DNA of 25,980 bases from a virus (lineage: Duplodnaviria > Caudoviricetes), in the IMG/VR virus record IMGVR_UViG_3300032301_000553, positions 1-25,980 of that record; one strand, written 5' to 3'. Positions 25,573 to 25,980 of the stretch are shown here, piece by piece. Every line of letters begins with the position of its first letter. Positions within the stretch are counted from its first letter, which is position 1. A program made the translations under genes and the position numbers. The notes below the pieces were generated by a model. The model did no database searches. It had not been told where the DNA came from and saw only the letters and a program-made list of their open reading frames with translations.

Positions 25573-25980
25573 ATGACAAAATTTTATGTTCAAGACGAAG
25601 GCATATTTGTACCTACATCAAATTTAGCGCAGTCATTTGCTGTTCTTAATTTTATTCAAGAAAATAGTCTTGGACTTGGAACAGATACTTTAGTTCCTGT
25701 AGTCAATACCGATAATCCAAGTTTTATTGCAGATATAAAAACTAAGGATTTGTGGGGATTTAATTCTAGTGGCAATATCTATAGAATGACCAATGTTGGT
25801 ATTAATAATAGTAATCCAACATCAACTTTAGATATTAATGGAACTCTTCATGCTACTGGTGCAACTGATCTAGATTCGACTCTAAATGTTGATGGTGCTA
25901 CTACATTACAAACCACATTAAACGTAAAAGGTGCAACTGATCTAGATTCGACTCTAAATGTTGATGGTGCTACTACATTA
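25573..25980 (+). CDS. Tail-fibre-like repetitive protein, 5' part (runs off the window)
   Basis: ATG 25573 after AGGGG; MTKFYVQDEGIF..NVGINNSNPTSTLDING..(GATDLDSTLNVDGATTL)x2; open to the window end. Confidence 0.75.
   Translation, partial: MTKFYVQDEGIFVPTSNLAQSFAVLNFIQENSLGLGTDTLVPVVNTDNPSFIADIKTKDLWGFNSSGNIYRMTNVGINNSNPTSTLDINGTLHATGATDLDSTLNVDGATTLQTTLNVKGATDLDSTLNVDGATTL
25858..25980 (+). repeat. Exact 51-bp direct repeat with 72-nt period
   Basis: 25858-25908 is identical to 25930-25980; the array may continue beyond the window. Confidence 0.9.

Noticed and set aside
1-25980. tRNA, rRNA, CRISPR array, DGR template repeat or reverse transcriptase
   Set aside because: None recognised by eye; intergenic gaps are short and explained by promoters and terminators.

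Overview
AT-rich segment of a T4-like myophage genome. Gene content and order resemble cyanophage-type T4-like phages; the host is inferred, not shown. From the left it holds: a small C-type-lectin-like gene whose 3' end looks like a DGR variable region; glutaredoxin and conserved hypotheticals; a stand-alone late-promoter cassette for a Gly/Ala/Lys-rich putative virion protein; thyX; phoH interrupted in its P-loop by a class 3 (Ala1, W-C-T) LAGLIDADG intein; an exonuclease; gp33, gp59 and gp32. Next come a minus-strand block (gp53, gp48, gp2-like, gp4) and a plus-strand baseplate/tail block (gp54-like, gp26, short gp51-like ORF, two tape-measure/hub-like proteins, gp27-like, split gp5, tail-fibre-like genes). 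Three free-standing GIY-YIG-type endonuclease genes each sit behind a TATAAATA late promoter. Main findings: (1) a probable -1 programmed frameshift (T TTT TTC followed by a long stem 8 nt downstream) fusing gp26 to the start-less gp51-like ORF just before the tape-measure-like genes; (2) a candidate DGR target with no TR or RT in the window; (3) RNA hairpins that may gate endonuclease translation. All family assignments are from motif recognition and synteny, without database searches.
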